Both the position numbers and the translations under genes were made by a program. From positions 157,108,001 to 157,172,000 of the forward strand of contig NC_043000.1 in the NCBI RefSeq assembly GCF_006345805.1: 64,000 nt of DNA, written 5' to 3'. The notes under the pieces are model-generated. The model was not told the DNA's origin. It searched no databases and was given only the letters and a program-made list of their open reading frames with translations. Positions 48,790 through 63,247 of the stretch are shown here, in pieces; position 1 is the first letter of the stretch, and the number at the start of each line of letters is the position of its first letter. The DNA is from Octopus sinensis. Taxonomy: Eukaryota.

Positions 48790-50190
48790 TCATTTTCAAC
48801 ATACTCTATCATCATTTCTCTTGATTACTAATAGACGGTATGAATAATCACTTTATTCTGGTGATAATATTTTGAAGGTCTACGTACTTGGAAGAATGTG
48901 GAAATTTTACTGATTCAAGCATATGTGGTTGGTAGGCCCAAGAGTGGATTGTATGAATAACACGAAAACTGGCTTAAAACCAAAACCTGATCCTATGGAT
49001 TTCCATTTGTTGCAAGTGTATTAATAGTATATTAATTTCCGGTATTTTTTAATGTCCAATGAATTTGCATTTTAAACGGTGGTTCACCTTATAAGGATCT
49101 TGGAAATTCCGCTGTGCTTCAAACACTTTACGGAAATTGAAGATTAACAGAATTACCGTAAGCTGAGGGTCATCGACAAAGCAATCCAAAATTGATATAT
49201 GATAAGGAGGTAAAAACTTATGTTTAGCAGATATGTTTAACATCTCTGTTCGCATGCAAGCATATGCAGCACTTCTTGGAAAAACTTTCAGCTGCAAACT
49301 GAATAACCGTCTGTCATTTCTCGCTCAGATCATTGGCTAAAGACAATCCGGTAAAGTTTTACAGTATTTATTCCATTGTATACAGTACAACAAAGATCAC
49401 TTAGCCACTGACGATTATCTCTTTTTGAGAGAAAACACTGATAATTTCTACCGGATTCTCATCCTTCATCTAAAACTTGCCAATCCTATGGCTGACCTAA
49501 AATAATTAATGAAAACAAATAATCCGATGTCCTATATCTTTATTCTATGAATTCCCTGGACTTATTGAGAAACTCTGAGTAACAGCAGAGTGAATCAATA
49601 AATTTAAATGATTCAGAATAAGATACTTGCTCTTTATTCTTTCATTCACTTCCTCGTGACATTTATACATTTGCCAACGTAAGTATTTTATTATAACTTT
49701 TTTTCTACAATAGAACAGTATCTTGTATCCTAACAATTTATAATTTATAGCAACAGTCAAATTGTAGGCACCAAGATTACCTCAACATTGTTACAGAATA
49801 TTGTCATGTTTGAGTTGGAATTCAGGCTGCAATAATTTGTCATTTTTGTATCATCGCCAATTTTGTAGTATCAGCAATCTCTGTTTTATATTATAAGCAT
49901 TGACAAATAAACATTCCTAACACGAATAAAATAATACTTAAAGCAGAAAAAAGCCAATTATGCAAACCCTCCTTCCCACCACATATACACTCACACATAT
50001 AAAACACACATGCACAAGCACAAGAAAAAGGTGCAATAGTAATGTATACAATGCTTTAAAAGCAATTTACGCATCACTGTTATAAATATTTATTGATAAA
50101 TCTTTCATCAAATAATATTTTGAAATGTAAAGAATGTTATTTTAAAACCACCCATTTACACAGACACACACACAGACACACAGACACACA

Positions 50191-50234
<44 letters not shown>

Positions 50235-50886
50235 CACACACACACACACACAAAACTAAAATGAATTGAGTGAAATAACTCAGAGTGGCCAGTCGCATGT
50301 ATTTGGACAACAAAGAGAAATTTAGAGTATTTCAAATACCATACAACATAATCTCTTAGCATAGTTAAATCATTACTGCTTCCAGAAATGGTGGAACAAT
50401 CGTTTGGTAGCAACTGGGCCAATTTCAAAGGAAAAAAACAATTTCACAAATCAAGAATTTGTTCAAAACTGACATGCCATTAAAGAAATGACAATCTGAG
50501 TATCTAGAGATAAAAGGATAGCTGTTGGCACGCATTTCTACTTTGAAATGTCTCATCAGCGCATCAGTCACCCGACTTTGTTTCCAGTAGGAAAGGCACT
50601 TAGAGCTGAATTCATGTGTGACCAACTAAATCTGCATAAAGGAAGCGAAAATGATGTAAAAGAAAATAAGGTATTCCGCGTTTACACCATATTATATCCG
50701 TGCCAAATAAATGGTACAGCAAATGCTCTACAAAATAAATTCTAGAGAAAATAAAACAAACTCTTCGCAGCAATGGAGATCAGCTCCATTTTGTGTGTAT
50801 GCGTATGTGTGTGTGCGTGTGTGTGTGCGTGTGTGTGTGCGTTTGTGCGTGTGTGTGTATGTGTGTATGTGTGTGAATGTGTGTGT

Positions 50887-50943
<57 letters not shown>

Positions 50944-51013
50944 TGTGTGTGTGTGTGTGTGGGATATAATACCTTGATATTGTGCGGACTGATTTCGTCG
51001 TAAATATAACGTT

Positions 51014-51190
51014 AGCTGCGAGCTGGCTGAATCGTTAGCACCCCGGACAAAATGTTTAGCGGCATTTCGTCCATCTTTACGTTCTGAGTTCAAATTCCGC
51101 CGAGGTCGACTTTGCCTTTCATCCATCCATTCGAGGTCGATAAATAAATACTAGTTGAGTACTGGTATCGATACATTCGACATACCCTCT
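51014..51190 (+). mobile_element. SINE-B variant, 3' degenerate
   Basis: Head and body match SINE-B. Confidence 0.8.
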
Positions 51191-51349
51191 CCCTCCAATT
51201 AAAACCAATAAACTGTTAAACGTTGATTAAATCATTACCTGATACAAAACTAAATACGAAATGTCAACTCAAATAATACTCATACTGTTTGAATGAGCGA
51301 GAACAGCAAAACTAATAACGAAATGTTTGCGTGCGTGTATTTATTGTTT

Positions 51350-52056
51350 TATTCTTTTACTTGTTTCAGTCATTTGACCGCGGCCATGCTGGAGCAGCGC
51401 CGTCGAACAATTCAACTTTGTAAGCCTAGTACTTAGTCTATCAGTCACCAAGTTATGGGGATGTAAATACACAAATATCAGTTGTCAAGCGATGGTGGTT
51501 GGACAAATTCAGACACACAAATACATATATATATATATATATATATACGGCGGGCTTCTTTCAGTTTCCGTCTACCAGATCTACTCACAAGGCTTTGGTC
51601 GGCCCGAGGCTATAGGAGAGGACACCTACCCAAGTTGTCACGCAGTAGGATTAAACCCGGAACTAGAGGGGACAAATAAGGACAGACAAAGGGATTAAGT
51701 TGATTATATCGATCCTAGTGCGTAACTGGTACTTATTTAATCGATCCCGAAAGGATGAAAGGCAAAGTCGACCCTGGCGGAATTTGAACACAGAACGTAA
51801 CGGCAGACGAAATACCTATTTCTTTACTACCCATAAGGTGCTAAACATAGAGTGGACAAACAAGGACTGACAAAGGGATTAAGTCGATTACATCGAGGGC
51901 AGTGCGTAACTGGTATTTAATTTATCGACCCCGAAAAGATGAAAGGCAAAGTCGACCTGGGCGGAATTTGAACTCACAACGTAACGGCAGACGAAACTCT
52001 GCTAAGTATTTCGCTCGGCGTGCTAACGTTTCTGCCACACAGCCACTCCTACGCCT
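51350..52056 (-). mobile_element. SINE-A with part of its head replaced by a SINE-B dimer
   Basis: SINE-A at 51350-51663, SINE-B dimer at 51664-52035, SINE-A 5' tip ACACAGCCACTCCTACGCC at 52036-52054. Confidence 0.8.
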
Positions 52057-52422
52057 ATATGCATGTGTTTGTAACATAAGTTCCTGGCTTTGGGCAAAAG
52101 AAAATATAAAAGGATTTGTTACTTACGATTTTATTCAACATCTTCCCCTCTCAGTTTCACTCACTTCGAAGGGGGTGGGAGGTCTTTGTTGCTATTTCTT
52201 TTTCAGGTCGTGCGATCACATAAATCAGTAGTTCCCAATATCTCTCTGACCTCAACCTATATCCTTATGATTGACGTTGATAGAAATCATTAACCAAGCT
52301 GTTGCACAGTGATATTGAACATGAAATCACATGGTTTCGAAGCGAACTTGTGAAACCATACAGCCAAGCTATTTCTTTTGGAGCCTCATCGTTTGTACCA
52401 CTGTATCAAAGTTAAATCATCT

Positions 52423-52851
52423 AAATACTGGCTTCAAATTTTGACACAAGGCCAGCAATTTCAGAGGAGGGGTATGTCGATTATATTGACTCCACCGCTA
52501 GACTGGAACTCGTATTTTATCGACCTCGAAAGGATGTAAGGCAACTCGATCACAGCAGAATTTGAACTCAAAACATAAAGACGGACGGTAACCATTGTGC
52601 CTGGCGTGCTAACGATTCTTATTCCTTTATTGCTCACAAGGGGCTAAATATAGAGAGGGACAAACAAAGACAGACAAAGGGATTACATCGATTACATAGA
52701 CCCCAGTGCGCTACCGGTACTTAATTTATCGACCTTGAAAGGATGAAAGGCAAATTCGACCTCGGCGGAATTTGAACTCAGAACATAGCGGCAGACGAAA
52801 TACTGCTAAGCATTTCGCCCGGCGTGCTAACGTGTCTGCCAGCTCGCCACC
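52423..52851 (-). mobile_element. Two adjacent SINE-B-type copies (different tails)
   Basis: 52423-52620 has the TGTGTCAAAATTTGAAGCCAGTATT tail; 52625-52851 has the standard tail. Confidence 0.8.
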
Positions 52852-53259
52852 TTAAATAATGTAAACAGACGCCACATTTTATGTTTCTAGTTGACTTCAA
52901 CAAGGAACTTCGACAAAGTTGCAGTGTCAATTTATTGGGAATCGATCTATTCCACTATGGTAAGCAACACAAATGATTTAAAATGTTTATTTCTATTTCG
53001 ACTGAGCACAAGAGCTTCTGTATATTTTAGGAGCGCGGTTGTTGTTGTTTAGAGACGACCCGGGTTAACACTGCCCGATGTTATGTTTTAAGGGTATGTT
53101 ACCTAAGGTACTACATTATCTAATTTGTTTCATTCCGAAAACAAGTTGGTTGCAACTGAATATAAATTTGGCTGCTACCTCTAGCAGATCGACTGACTAC
53201 GTAGAAAGGAGAGGTAGATACGAAAAGTATTTAGTAGAATTGGCTTCTGATACATGAAG

Positions 53260-53303
<44 letters not shown>

Positions 53304-53326
53304 TAGCCTCCGCCCTTATACGTATT

Positions 53327-53375
<49 letters not shown>

Positions 53376-53971
53376 ACACATACACACACACATATATATA
53401 CGTATACATACATGCATGCATACGTGTGTGTATGAGCGTATATCAGATTATGAAGAACATATTGCAAGTAAGAGGTGTCAATTGTCTCAAGCAACCATCC
53501 AAAACATTGACAGAAATGAAAATAAGAAAAGAAGGGAGGAAAAAAAAAGCATAATTCTCGGGTTTCTCTCTCGGTTCTTTTGATTTGTTTGCGCTGGCCA
53601 CTTTCGTTTTCACATCTGTGATAACGTAATTGCAACGACAGTTGTTTCCTCACGTCAACATGTCAAAACTTTATATATATATATTTACTTATTTATTCTA
53701 TTTCACATATTTGATATGACAGTTGATGTAAACCACATGTCACCTGATCTCATTCATAAACGTGCTTCATGAAAAATGATGTGGTGCCTCTCAGAACTTT
53801 TTGCAAAAACACACTACATAATTCCCACTACTGTAACTGAGTAGTTATATATTCATTCCTTTTTTCTTCGTTTCTTTGTTTTTATTATTAACAAAGCAAT
53901 ACTCTCAACTATTAGTGCTACTAATGCTATGACTAGCGGTGTCTTTTATTAACTCAAAAATTAACAATTCT

Positions 53972-54570
53972 TATTTCTTTAATGCCCACAAGTGGCTAAA
54001 CATAGAAGGGACAAAAAAGGACAGACAAACGGATTAAGTCGATTACATCGACCCCAGTGCGTAACTGGTACTTAATTTATCGACCCCGAAAGGATGAAAG
54101 GCAAAGTCGACCTCGGCGGAATTTGAACTCAGAACGTAGCGGCAGATGAAATACCTATTTCTTTACTACCCACAAGAGGCTAAACACAGAGAGGACAAAC
54201 AAGGACAGACAAAGGGATTAAGTCGATTATATCGACGCCAGTGCGTAACTGGTACTTATTTAATCGACCCTGAAATGATGAAAGGCAAAGTCGACCTCGG
54301 CGGAATTTGAACTCAGAACATAGCGGCAGATGAAATACGTATTTCTTTACTACCCACAAGGGGCTAAACACAGAGGGTACAAATAAGGACAGACAAATGG
54401 ATTAAGTCGATTATATCGACCCCAGTACGTAACTGGTACTTAATTTATCGACCCCGAAAGGATGAAAGGCAAAGTCGACCTCGGCGGAATTTGAACTCAG
54501 AACGTAATGGCAGACGAAATACGGCTACGCGTTTCGCCCGGCGTACTAACGATTCTGCCAGCTCGCCGCC
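53972..54570 (-). mobile_element. SINE-B multimer: one head plus three bodies
   Basis: 184-bp period; junctions at 54148-54161 and 54332-54345. Confidence 0.93.
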
Positions 54571-55083
54571 TTCAAGAAATAATAATTTTATTAAACGATT
54601 TCAACTGTAGGCTCACAGCTATTTGCAAAACCATTTCATTTAGCAATGATCTCTAAGATAGGCTCAAACTAAAGCAAACGACGATGACGATTGAATTGTT
54701 CAATCAACAGAACCACCCGCTCATTGACTTAACATATGGCTGACTATTCCATAAACACGTGTACCCTTCACGTAGTCCTCGAGCAAAATCAGTATGACAT
54801 AGCATGTAACGAGGCTGGTTCTTCGAATTATCGGTTACATTCGATGTGACGAGTTTCCACACATTAACTGCCTGCCGAATTTGCCTGAGATGAAACGCAA
54901 TAGGACCGAACTGGATACCTCGTGATTAGCATTTGGGCACTAAGAACTCTACTAACACTTTAATAGTGAAAGTATTTTGTAAACTGAAAACGAAGCATTT
55001 TACAGGGGCAATTAAACAGACACAGTAAACAACTGGTACGTATTTGATCTAATAGTACACATGTTAATATACTAACAAACTCA

Positions 55084-55283
55084 AAGGGGCGAGATGGCAG
55101 AATCGTTAGCACACCGGGCAAAGTGTTTAGCGGCATTTCATCTGTCTTTACGTTCTGGGTTGAAAATGCTGCTGGAGTTGACTTTGCTTTTCGAAGTCGA
55201 TAAAATAAGTAGCAATTGAGCACTGGGGTCGATTTAATCGCCTTAGCCCTGAGACTGCTGACCTTGTGCCAAAATTTGAAACC
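55084..55283 (+). mobile_element. SINE-B variant with 18-bp TSD
   Basis: TSD AATATACTAACAAACTCA at 55066-55083 and 55284-55301. Confidence 0.88.
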
Positions 55284-57245
55284 AATATACTAACAAACTC
55301 ATTTGCAGCTTTATAAAAGGCTGTAGATAGCAAAATTTGTAGAAGGCCGAGCAAAATGCTTTGCGGTATTAAATCATGTCCTGTTCATATCTGATCGATA
55401 TCGAGTGTGCCTTTGTTCTTTTTACCAAATGAAATACATACATGTTAAGTAAGACAAACCTCCATCATTCAAAACTTTACGAACACGTTGCTGTCTTCAC
55501 GGTCCTAATTCTGCTACCTCCACTTTGCTGGGTCAGTTAATTTAACTGCCATAAATAATTACATCGTGTATAGGCAGAGCCCTACAGTTGCTTATTGTAG
55601 ACAGGAAGGAAACAATTCCGCTCGGAGATGATGATGAGTGTCACTATGATAAAAAATATAATCATTTGACTTCTTATGATATGCTGCTGATATTTGTTTT
55701 ATCATCCCTAAAAGTACATATAAATTGACTCAATACCGCTAACTAATACGATATTTAAAGTAAGAATAGGGTAATATGAAACTTTGAACTGTAAATGACC
55801 CGTCACAGTGTTCCGTAACATCGGTTACTCTCTTTTTGTAAGAGACTACGTAGGAGCCATTATGCGGTTATTTGTTCTGCTATTTCTAGCAGATCAAGTA
55901 ACCGCATAATCTTCTTCAATTTACACTCAGTTAACTTTATAACAAAGAAAAAAATTATGATGCAATCTCAGGTACTTCTAATAAGACGTGGTGGTCACAA
56001 CTGGAATGCTTTTGCTCGATCAGAATTCACGTAAGATTTACCACCACTAAAAGCAGCAATATCAAAGAGAAACTCGCAATTCTTCAATGAGATATGGATT
56101 AACTTTTATTGCGAATAAAGTCATCAAATTCATCGTTGAAGGAACAAGGGTTGGTGATTTGATGGCGTTCAGAAATTTTTGCGATAACTAATGAAGCGAA
56201 GGGACATTAGAGAATCGAAGCCAAATCTCAAAATCAGTGCACCTAGTCGTTAACTCTTGTTTAAGGAGCTAAGTCACTGTAAGCCATACATATCTAGCTT
56301 CATCGTTGCTGTAAGAACTTTTATTGTGAAAGAACGTAACAGTCTGAATAAAACCGGTGTATTATTAGTTACTATAGTAAAATATATTGCAGGTCATTAA
56401 TAAATAAACACACGGACTCATCTATATGTATTTAATCTCACTGTGAAATTAAGGACCACGAAAGTAATTTCTTTTCCTGCAGTTTGGGACAAGGATCGAC
56501 GTCCCAGCTTCACTGTTATGTAAAAAGTCACAAGGATTCGCTTAACATTCCTTAGCGAGATTAAGCACATATGGGTATAATTGAATATTTATTCAGTATG
56601 CTGCTATTACTTGTTTGATTAATTAACCTTATAAAGAGGGCCCCAGTGACATATGATCTCGGAATATACGAAGAAGAGATGAAACATTGTAAACAAGCTG
56701 TCAGAGGCTGGAGGATTCAATAAGAGAAACACAGCAGATAATTTGATTTTAGATATATATTTCGGAATGAATTTCCACAGATGTCATTGGATTTTACAAA
56801 AGAAAAAAAAAATTCAGAAAATAATTTCTGCCCAAATCCCCTCGATTTAAATACGAATTAGTCGAGTACTTTTCAGCATGAAAAGACAACCTTTACAAGT
56901 GGAACGAAAAATAAATTAAAAAGAAATCAAGTTTAAATATCATCTGCTGACCATCTGCTATGTGTGTCCAGGAACTGATGTAATTAGACACGCGTGTTAA
57001 TTAACCTAACCTGTTGAGAATTTCCGGGATTATCTCACAGACGAGATTCGCTAAGATTCTGCTCAGACAACTGAATACTATGTAACCAAAGTTGTAGTGA
57101 GTTTCCAACAAAGTCATTTGGTAACATTAGGGGACACTTCAACATTGTACGCAGTGAAAATGGACATTGTGTTACAAAAAATATCTTTTAAGAGAAAGAT
57201 TTACATACGTTCAATATTGAATATGTTCAATATTGATTTGAGTGT

Positions 57246-57835
57246 GAAGACGCGTGGCTTAGTGGTTAGGATGTTGCATTTGGAATGGAATGGAAGCACT
57301 CCGTCGGTTACGACGACGAGGGTTCCGGTTGATCCGATCAACGGAACAGCTTGCTCGTGAAATTAACGTGTAAGTGGCTGAGCACTCCACAGACACGTGT
57401 ACCCTTAACGTAGTTCTCGGGGATATTCAGCGTGACATAGAGAGTGACAAGGCCGACCCCTTGAAATACAGGTACAACAGAAACAGGAAGTAAGAGTGAG
57501 AGAAAGTTGTGGTGAAAGAGTACAGCAGGGATCACCACCATCCCCTGCCGGAGCCTCGTGGAGCTTTAGGTGTTTTCGCTCAATAAACACTCACAACGCC
57601 CGGTCTGGGAATCGAAACCGCGATCCTACGACCGCGAGTCCGCTGCCCTAACCACTGGGCCATTGCGCCTCCACGGATGTTGCATTTACGATTACAAGAT
57701 CAGTATTTCGATTTCTGAACGAGGTGTTACGTCGTGTTAATGAGTAAAACTTTTCATTTCACGTTGCTCAAATCTACTCAGCTGTAAATGACTAACCCTG
57801 CAACGGAATGGTGTCCCCATTCAAGGGGGATACTG
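57246..57835 (+). mobile_element. Old SINE (alternative head plus V-domain-like module) split by SINE-C
   Basis: GACGCGTGGCTTAGTGGTTAGG...|...TTTCACGTTGCTCAAATCTACTCAGCTGTAAATG...CCCTGCAACGGAATGGTGTCCC. Confidence 0.65.
57282..57674 (-). mobile_element. SINE-C, full length, with (TTCCA)n tail and 13-bp TSD
   Basis: TSD GGATGTTGCATTT at 57269-57281 and 57675-57687. Confidence 0.95.
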
Positions 57836-58202
57836 TGACCTCGCTTACTTATGGAAATCAATCATGAGGTTCGAGACAGCAATCTTCAAGGGACTTATTA
57901 ACTATTTAGTGAGTAAAGAATTTTTCAAACGTACTGAACATCAAGAAAACGTAACCACTAGCATACTACCATTCATTATACTCGGTAGAGCACACTATAA
58001 AATCAGTTACATTGGGTGTCAACAAAACTGGTTGCATTTTAAAACTTGGCAGCATATTTCATTTGGTGGAAAATTATAAAAGAGTTATATTGTGTAATGA
58101 ACTTTTTCCAAAATAAGGGGAAACCTACCTTGAAATGAAATATGTCTGTTGTTTTCTATTTTATTTCAAACCTGTGTATTTTTTTAAAGGTTGTTGCATA
58201 AA

Positions 58203-58607
58203 TGGCTGTGTGGTGAGTAGCTTGCTTACCAACCACATGGTTCCGGGTTCAGTCCCACTGCGTGGCATCTTGGGCAAGTGTCTTCTGCTATAGCCCCGGG
58301 CCGACCAAAGCCTTGTGAGTGGATTTGGTAGACGGAAACTGAAAGAAGCCCGTCGTATATATGTATATATATATATGCGTGTGTGTGTTTGTGTGTCTGT
58401 GTTTGTCCCCCTAGCATTGCTTGACAACCGATGCTGGTGTGTTTATGTCCCCTTAACTAGCGGTTCGGCAAAAAGAGACCGATAGAATAAGTACTGGGCT
58501 TGCAAAAGAATAAGTCCCGGGGTCGAGTTGCTCGATTAAAGGCGGTGCTCCAGCATGGCCGCAGTCAAATGACTGAAACAAGTAAAAGAGTAAAAGAGTA
58601 AAGAGTA
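58203..58607 (+). mobile_element. SINE-A, near full length
   Basis: Near-identical to 14078-14470. Confidence 0.93.
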
Positions 58608-58613
58608 CGAAAA

Positions 58614-58780
58614 AGCGCAAGTGTGGCTGTGTGGTAAGAAGCTTGCTACCCAACCACATGATTCCGGGTTCAGTGCCACTGTATGAAACCGTGGGCAAGT
58701 GTCTTCTACTATAGCTTCGGACCGACCAAAGCCTTGTGGATGTGGTAGACGGAAACTGAAAAAAGCTCGTCGTATATATA
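58614..58780 (+). mobile_element. SINE-A 5' half, older
   Basis: Degenerate head and body immediately downstream of the previous copy. Confidence 0.8.
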
Positions 58781-60830
58781 TATTTTTTCCCTCAAATCTC
58801 ATCTACTGATTTAAAAAAGAACATTAAATAACGTAGTTCTACATTCAATTTGTTATGAACATGCTCGTTTCACTTTAAATCTTAGGCCTGTCCGATCAGG
58901 CTGATTTAGAGCTAAGCAAAAACAACAACCAGCGCCACTGGAATTGAGGGCTGAACCAGTACTTGTTTCGTCTATCAAATTTGACCTAACATCTAAGGCT
59001 CATTATAAAAGCTTAGTCAATGATGAAAGGCCGAACCATTACGATCTTTTTTTCAATTTTTACTTACGACTTATAGACATCAGTCTTTCATAGGAGCTTT
59101 TAATTATTGAAAAGGAAAGGATGGAAATATCGGTAAATGAATAGCTATCATCTGTTTCCGAGGTAAACGGGGAAAATTGGAAACGTTTTAAATGCCTGGC
59201 AACCGGAGTTCGTAGATCTAAAGTGACACTCAACAACAGGGATACAGTTTCTCCTATGACATCATATATGACGGTGACGTAGACCCACAAGCTATGTAGG
59301 GCTCTCCTATTGGTAAAATCCTCTTAGTCAAGAATCATGCATTTCTGTTAACCTTGCAATTATATAATGAAAATATAAAGAGGTGTTCAGATTGAGCTGA
59401 AGTGGTGAAGTGGTTCAGCTTTTTTTTCTTTCTTTTGTTTCTCTCGTTAATTTCATCTTTTGTATCTTTGGTGTGTTTTCCTTTATTTTATTGCTGGAAA
59501 ATATGTTAATGAATTGTAAGTTTCTCTCGCAAAATAAAATAAAATAAAATAAATAAATAATTTAACTAAACATTAAGAAGAGTCGAAAAGAAGTTGATGC
59601 TTAGCCCCAGGACAACTCTGACCCAGGTCAGAAGTGCTCCAACCGTGACCAACTCGGTTTTTATTCAACCACGAATTGTATTATACAATGTTATCTTTTA
59701 AGATGGCGGGTGTGATTTAAGATAGATTTGGCTGCTATTTCTTGCAGGTCGAGCGATCACGTAGTGATTTCTTCAGTAGCTCGTACTTCTATTATTTGTT
59801 TGAGTAGTTTATAATAATTTAGAAATATTCAATAGTAAAAGCTGCAGAACTACTTATATGTAACACAATGTCTATGCAATATTGTTTCAACAATAACTGT
59901 GCCTCAAAATGACCCCAATTGATGTTGAAGTTCGTTGACCTGTTTAAAGGTGAGTCTCACTGCCACATTTATAACTTTCAACTTCAGCATAACCTCTCCA
60001 CCTACAAGAAATACCGGATTATTCTCTTTGAAATCCATTACATTTTACTGTCATATATAAGTGGAGCACATACGTACATAACCTTAAAAATACGAAATAA
60101 CCTTGGCGAGAACTCTTTTGATCATAGCTCTGTCCAGTTAAGGCTGACCTGGGGCTAAGCAACATCGACAATAGAAATTGTAACACACCATTAATGAAAG
60201 AGTTGACAAAGAGCTTGGGCTTTGCTTTACGCGGCAACATTTAAAAGGCCGTGTTGACCTCTAATTTCATTGTTGACATGACTAGGTCTGAGAATGATTC
60301 TATTATGCTTTCTGCAATAGGATTGGCAAAGTTTGTTGCGAATCGGAAGTTTTAAAGCTAATTTCACTTGTCCAACGATACATCTCTGGTGAGAGTAATT
60401 TTTTTTTCAGCAAAAACGTTTTCCGTAATGTGTTATGTGTGTGGGTGTTTCGATTCAAATTACCTTTTATTGTTTATATAAATTAAAACTGACAACCTTA
60501 ATTATTTTAATGAAATTTATTATAAAATCGAACTTGAAACTGATGAAAATAAAAAGGAACTTATCATGTTCCCTTTTCACTGTCAACTTTTTATCAACAC
60601 ACACGCATGTCCCCTTTTCACTATCAGCTTTTATATACACATACGCACAGAAAGACATTTCAATGTCTTTGTGAAATGTATGTGTATGTTTTTCTCTGAG
60701 ATTTAAGTGCTGGACAGAATTCAAATTTTCTGCTAACAAGGCATTTTGCTTGAATCGAAAATATTCCAGGGATTTGTGAATATCTGAGCAAGTTAATATG
60801 TATGCAAATGTAGGTGCATAATATGTTTTT

Positions 60831-60945
60831 GCTTGGCCTAGTGGTTAAGGAGTTGCAGCCGGATCGCAAGATCGTAATTTCGATTGCGGGACCGAGGGGT
60901 GCGTTGTGTTCTTGAGCAAAACACTTCATTTCACATCGCTCTGCG
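60831..60945 (+). mobile_element. Old SINE head (alternative-head family)
   Basis: TGGCCTAGTGGTTAAGG...TTTCGATTGC...CTTGAGCAAAACACTTCATTTCAC. Confidence 0.65.
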
Positions 60946-61329
60946 ATGACGACCCTGACATCTGACATTGTGGCACGCCATGCACTTGCAGAAACATTGT
61001 CGTTTGATAGAGGGAGTGAACTAATGTTTAGTACCGACACTTGATTACTATACACAAATCATCTGTGCAGTTTCTTCAGCAAGAAATTGCAGAGCCCTCA
61101 TCTGTCATCTACAACTAGGGAGTCCGCAATATATGAATGCACTTACACTTATCTAATGGATATAAATACATGCTTAGTATGAGAGTGTGTGTTAATGCGT
61201 ATGTATACTGTGTATACTATTAGCACACATGTGATTGTGTTTAAATATTCATTCAAGGAAATTCAAATCGAAAATCATTCGAATGCCTCATAAGTCCTCA
61301 CAGAATAACTAATCGATTTTATATGGAAG

Positions 61330-61560
61330 ATGTGAATCCATTTACCTGTTCATTCTTTGAAAGCACCAGATCTCTTGTTACATAGTCCAATGCACTTATG
61401 GTAATTGGTAGGATTGAAAATCTATAATCCGGGCACACGATTTGTAAATTCCACGATAGTTTGCCACATGTTTTAAAAATTTTTTCTAGAACTTTAGACG
61501 AGACCTTCACGTCCTCAGGGCAGCTGATGTCAACAAAAAACTTTATTTCCTGTACCATAA
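61330..61560 (-). pseudogene. Old R4/Dong-type endonuclease remnant
   Basis: FFVDISCPEDVKVSSKVLEKI...LPITISALDYV aligns by eye with FLIDVSIPADDNVSLKEMEKL...IPIIVGALGMI of 16954-17544. Confidence 0.65.
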
Positions 61561-62051
61561 TACAATAAGATCAACCCAATTTAATTCAAAACAATGAATT
61601 CTGTTTATACGTAATAATATTCCAAAATTAAATCATAGTAGTAAATCAAGTAATACAAAATAATACATTGTGAATGCTTAGAGTTGGTATTAAATACAAT
61701 GACTAATGAGAAATGTGGCTATATTACTTAAATTTTCAAAAAAACCATTAACTCATTATTTGATTGTGTAATCGTAAAAGCAGCGCCGTTTCCGGTGATA
61801 TAATTTTACACGGAATAAAATAGATTAGGTCATTCAGTTAATGAATTGTATTTAGTAAAGAGATTTATAACATTTATCCCTAACTATATTTAATTTATCC
61901 AACTCGATACAAAAGTACATTGTGTTGGAGTTTGAACGAAACTGGGTTCTGAAACATCACAAGTTTTAATTGATCGAAAAGTATAAAATTAGTAGCTAAG
62001 CAGTTATATTTATGAATATGAAATTTATGAATTTCAGTTCATCAGACCATG

Positions 62052-62089
<38 letters not shown>

Positions 62090-62479
62090 ACACACATACA
62101 CAAACAAACACACACACACAGACACACACACACACACACACCACACACACACATACACACACACACACAAAATTCTTTTTGGAACTGGTTCTCGAAGTTC
62201 ATATAAAGCTATAAATAATAGCACATAAATATTGCGTTTTTGAAATCCCTTTTAGATAAAATATATAAAATCTAAGATTAATATGTTCTTGTACAGTACT
62301 AAATGTCATGACCTGAAAAGGTCTGCTTTATTTCTACGACCCCTTAGAGCATTCAGATTCGAAATGTATTTCATTTTAGGAATTCTACCTTTAAATACCT
62401 TTGAATAGAATCAGTTAGACTGATATCTTTTCTCAAAATAAGATCGGAAATGTTTGTATTGAATTAATGCTTTCGCTTG

Positions 62480-63100
62480 AATGTTTTTCGAACATTCCTT
62501 ATTTTTAAAGGAGCGGATAGATTCTGATTCTAGAGCGCCCTGTGTACGCCCATCAGGACAATTCCTCCTGTGAACAGCAGAGAGAAAATAGTTTTGGCAA
62601 CAGCTGTAAATAGTTTTCGCAGAAATGTCCGGAAAGCAATACCTTCCGGAGATATTCCGCCATTTGCTAATAATGTAGGTGACAGCTTCGACATTACTAT
62701 GGTACAATCGATATTTTCTATTACAGCATCGAAGTTTGTAGGATTCCTTACCGCGTTTATCGATCAGGTATTTAGTAACTTTATCATGTTCCTGAATAGT
62801 GAATGTATCTTTCTTGGTGAGACGTGATGTATTTATCATAGGTTCAAGAAAGGTTACTGCTCCTTCAAATACTATTGTTATCCAATATCTTACGGGATAT
62901 GTACCAGTGCATTACTTTGTGTTGATGAGTGTTTCTCCTCCAAGAGTTTGTTGCTGTGGGTTTACTTGCAACAACCGGGCACTCAGAGTGCCTGTTCGGA
63001 AGTTCTGATGAATATGTGAATATGCGATGTAGTCATTTCTTCCTGCGTAGTTCAGCTAGTGTTGTCTGGTGCAGCACACAAAAGACTGTTTGATATTGAA
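62480..63100 (-). pseudogene. Possible very old non-LTR retrotransposon C-terminal remnant
   Basis: Weak frame-broken similarity (HKVMHWYISRK; KVTKY...VEAVTYIIS) to REL-type elements. Confidence 0.3.
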
Positions 63101-63247
63101 TTTATCAACGATGGTTATTGTCGTTCTTCTCTTGATTTCTGAGTTGCAAGATCTCTTCAAGAGCCCAGTCAGTTTCTGGAGCGTTGATAATATCACTGGG
63201 ACAAGGGAGTTGTGGGATAAGGTCTGGTGAATGCATGTATCTATGAT

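Noticed and set aside
57282-57296. (TTCCA)n satellite
   Set aside because: Only three units, forming the SINE-C tail just inside a TSD.
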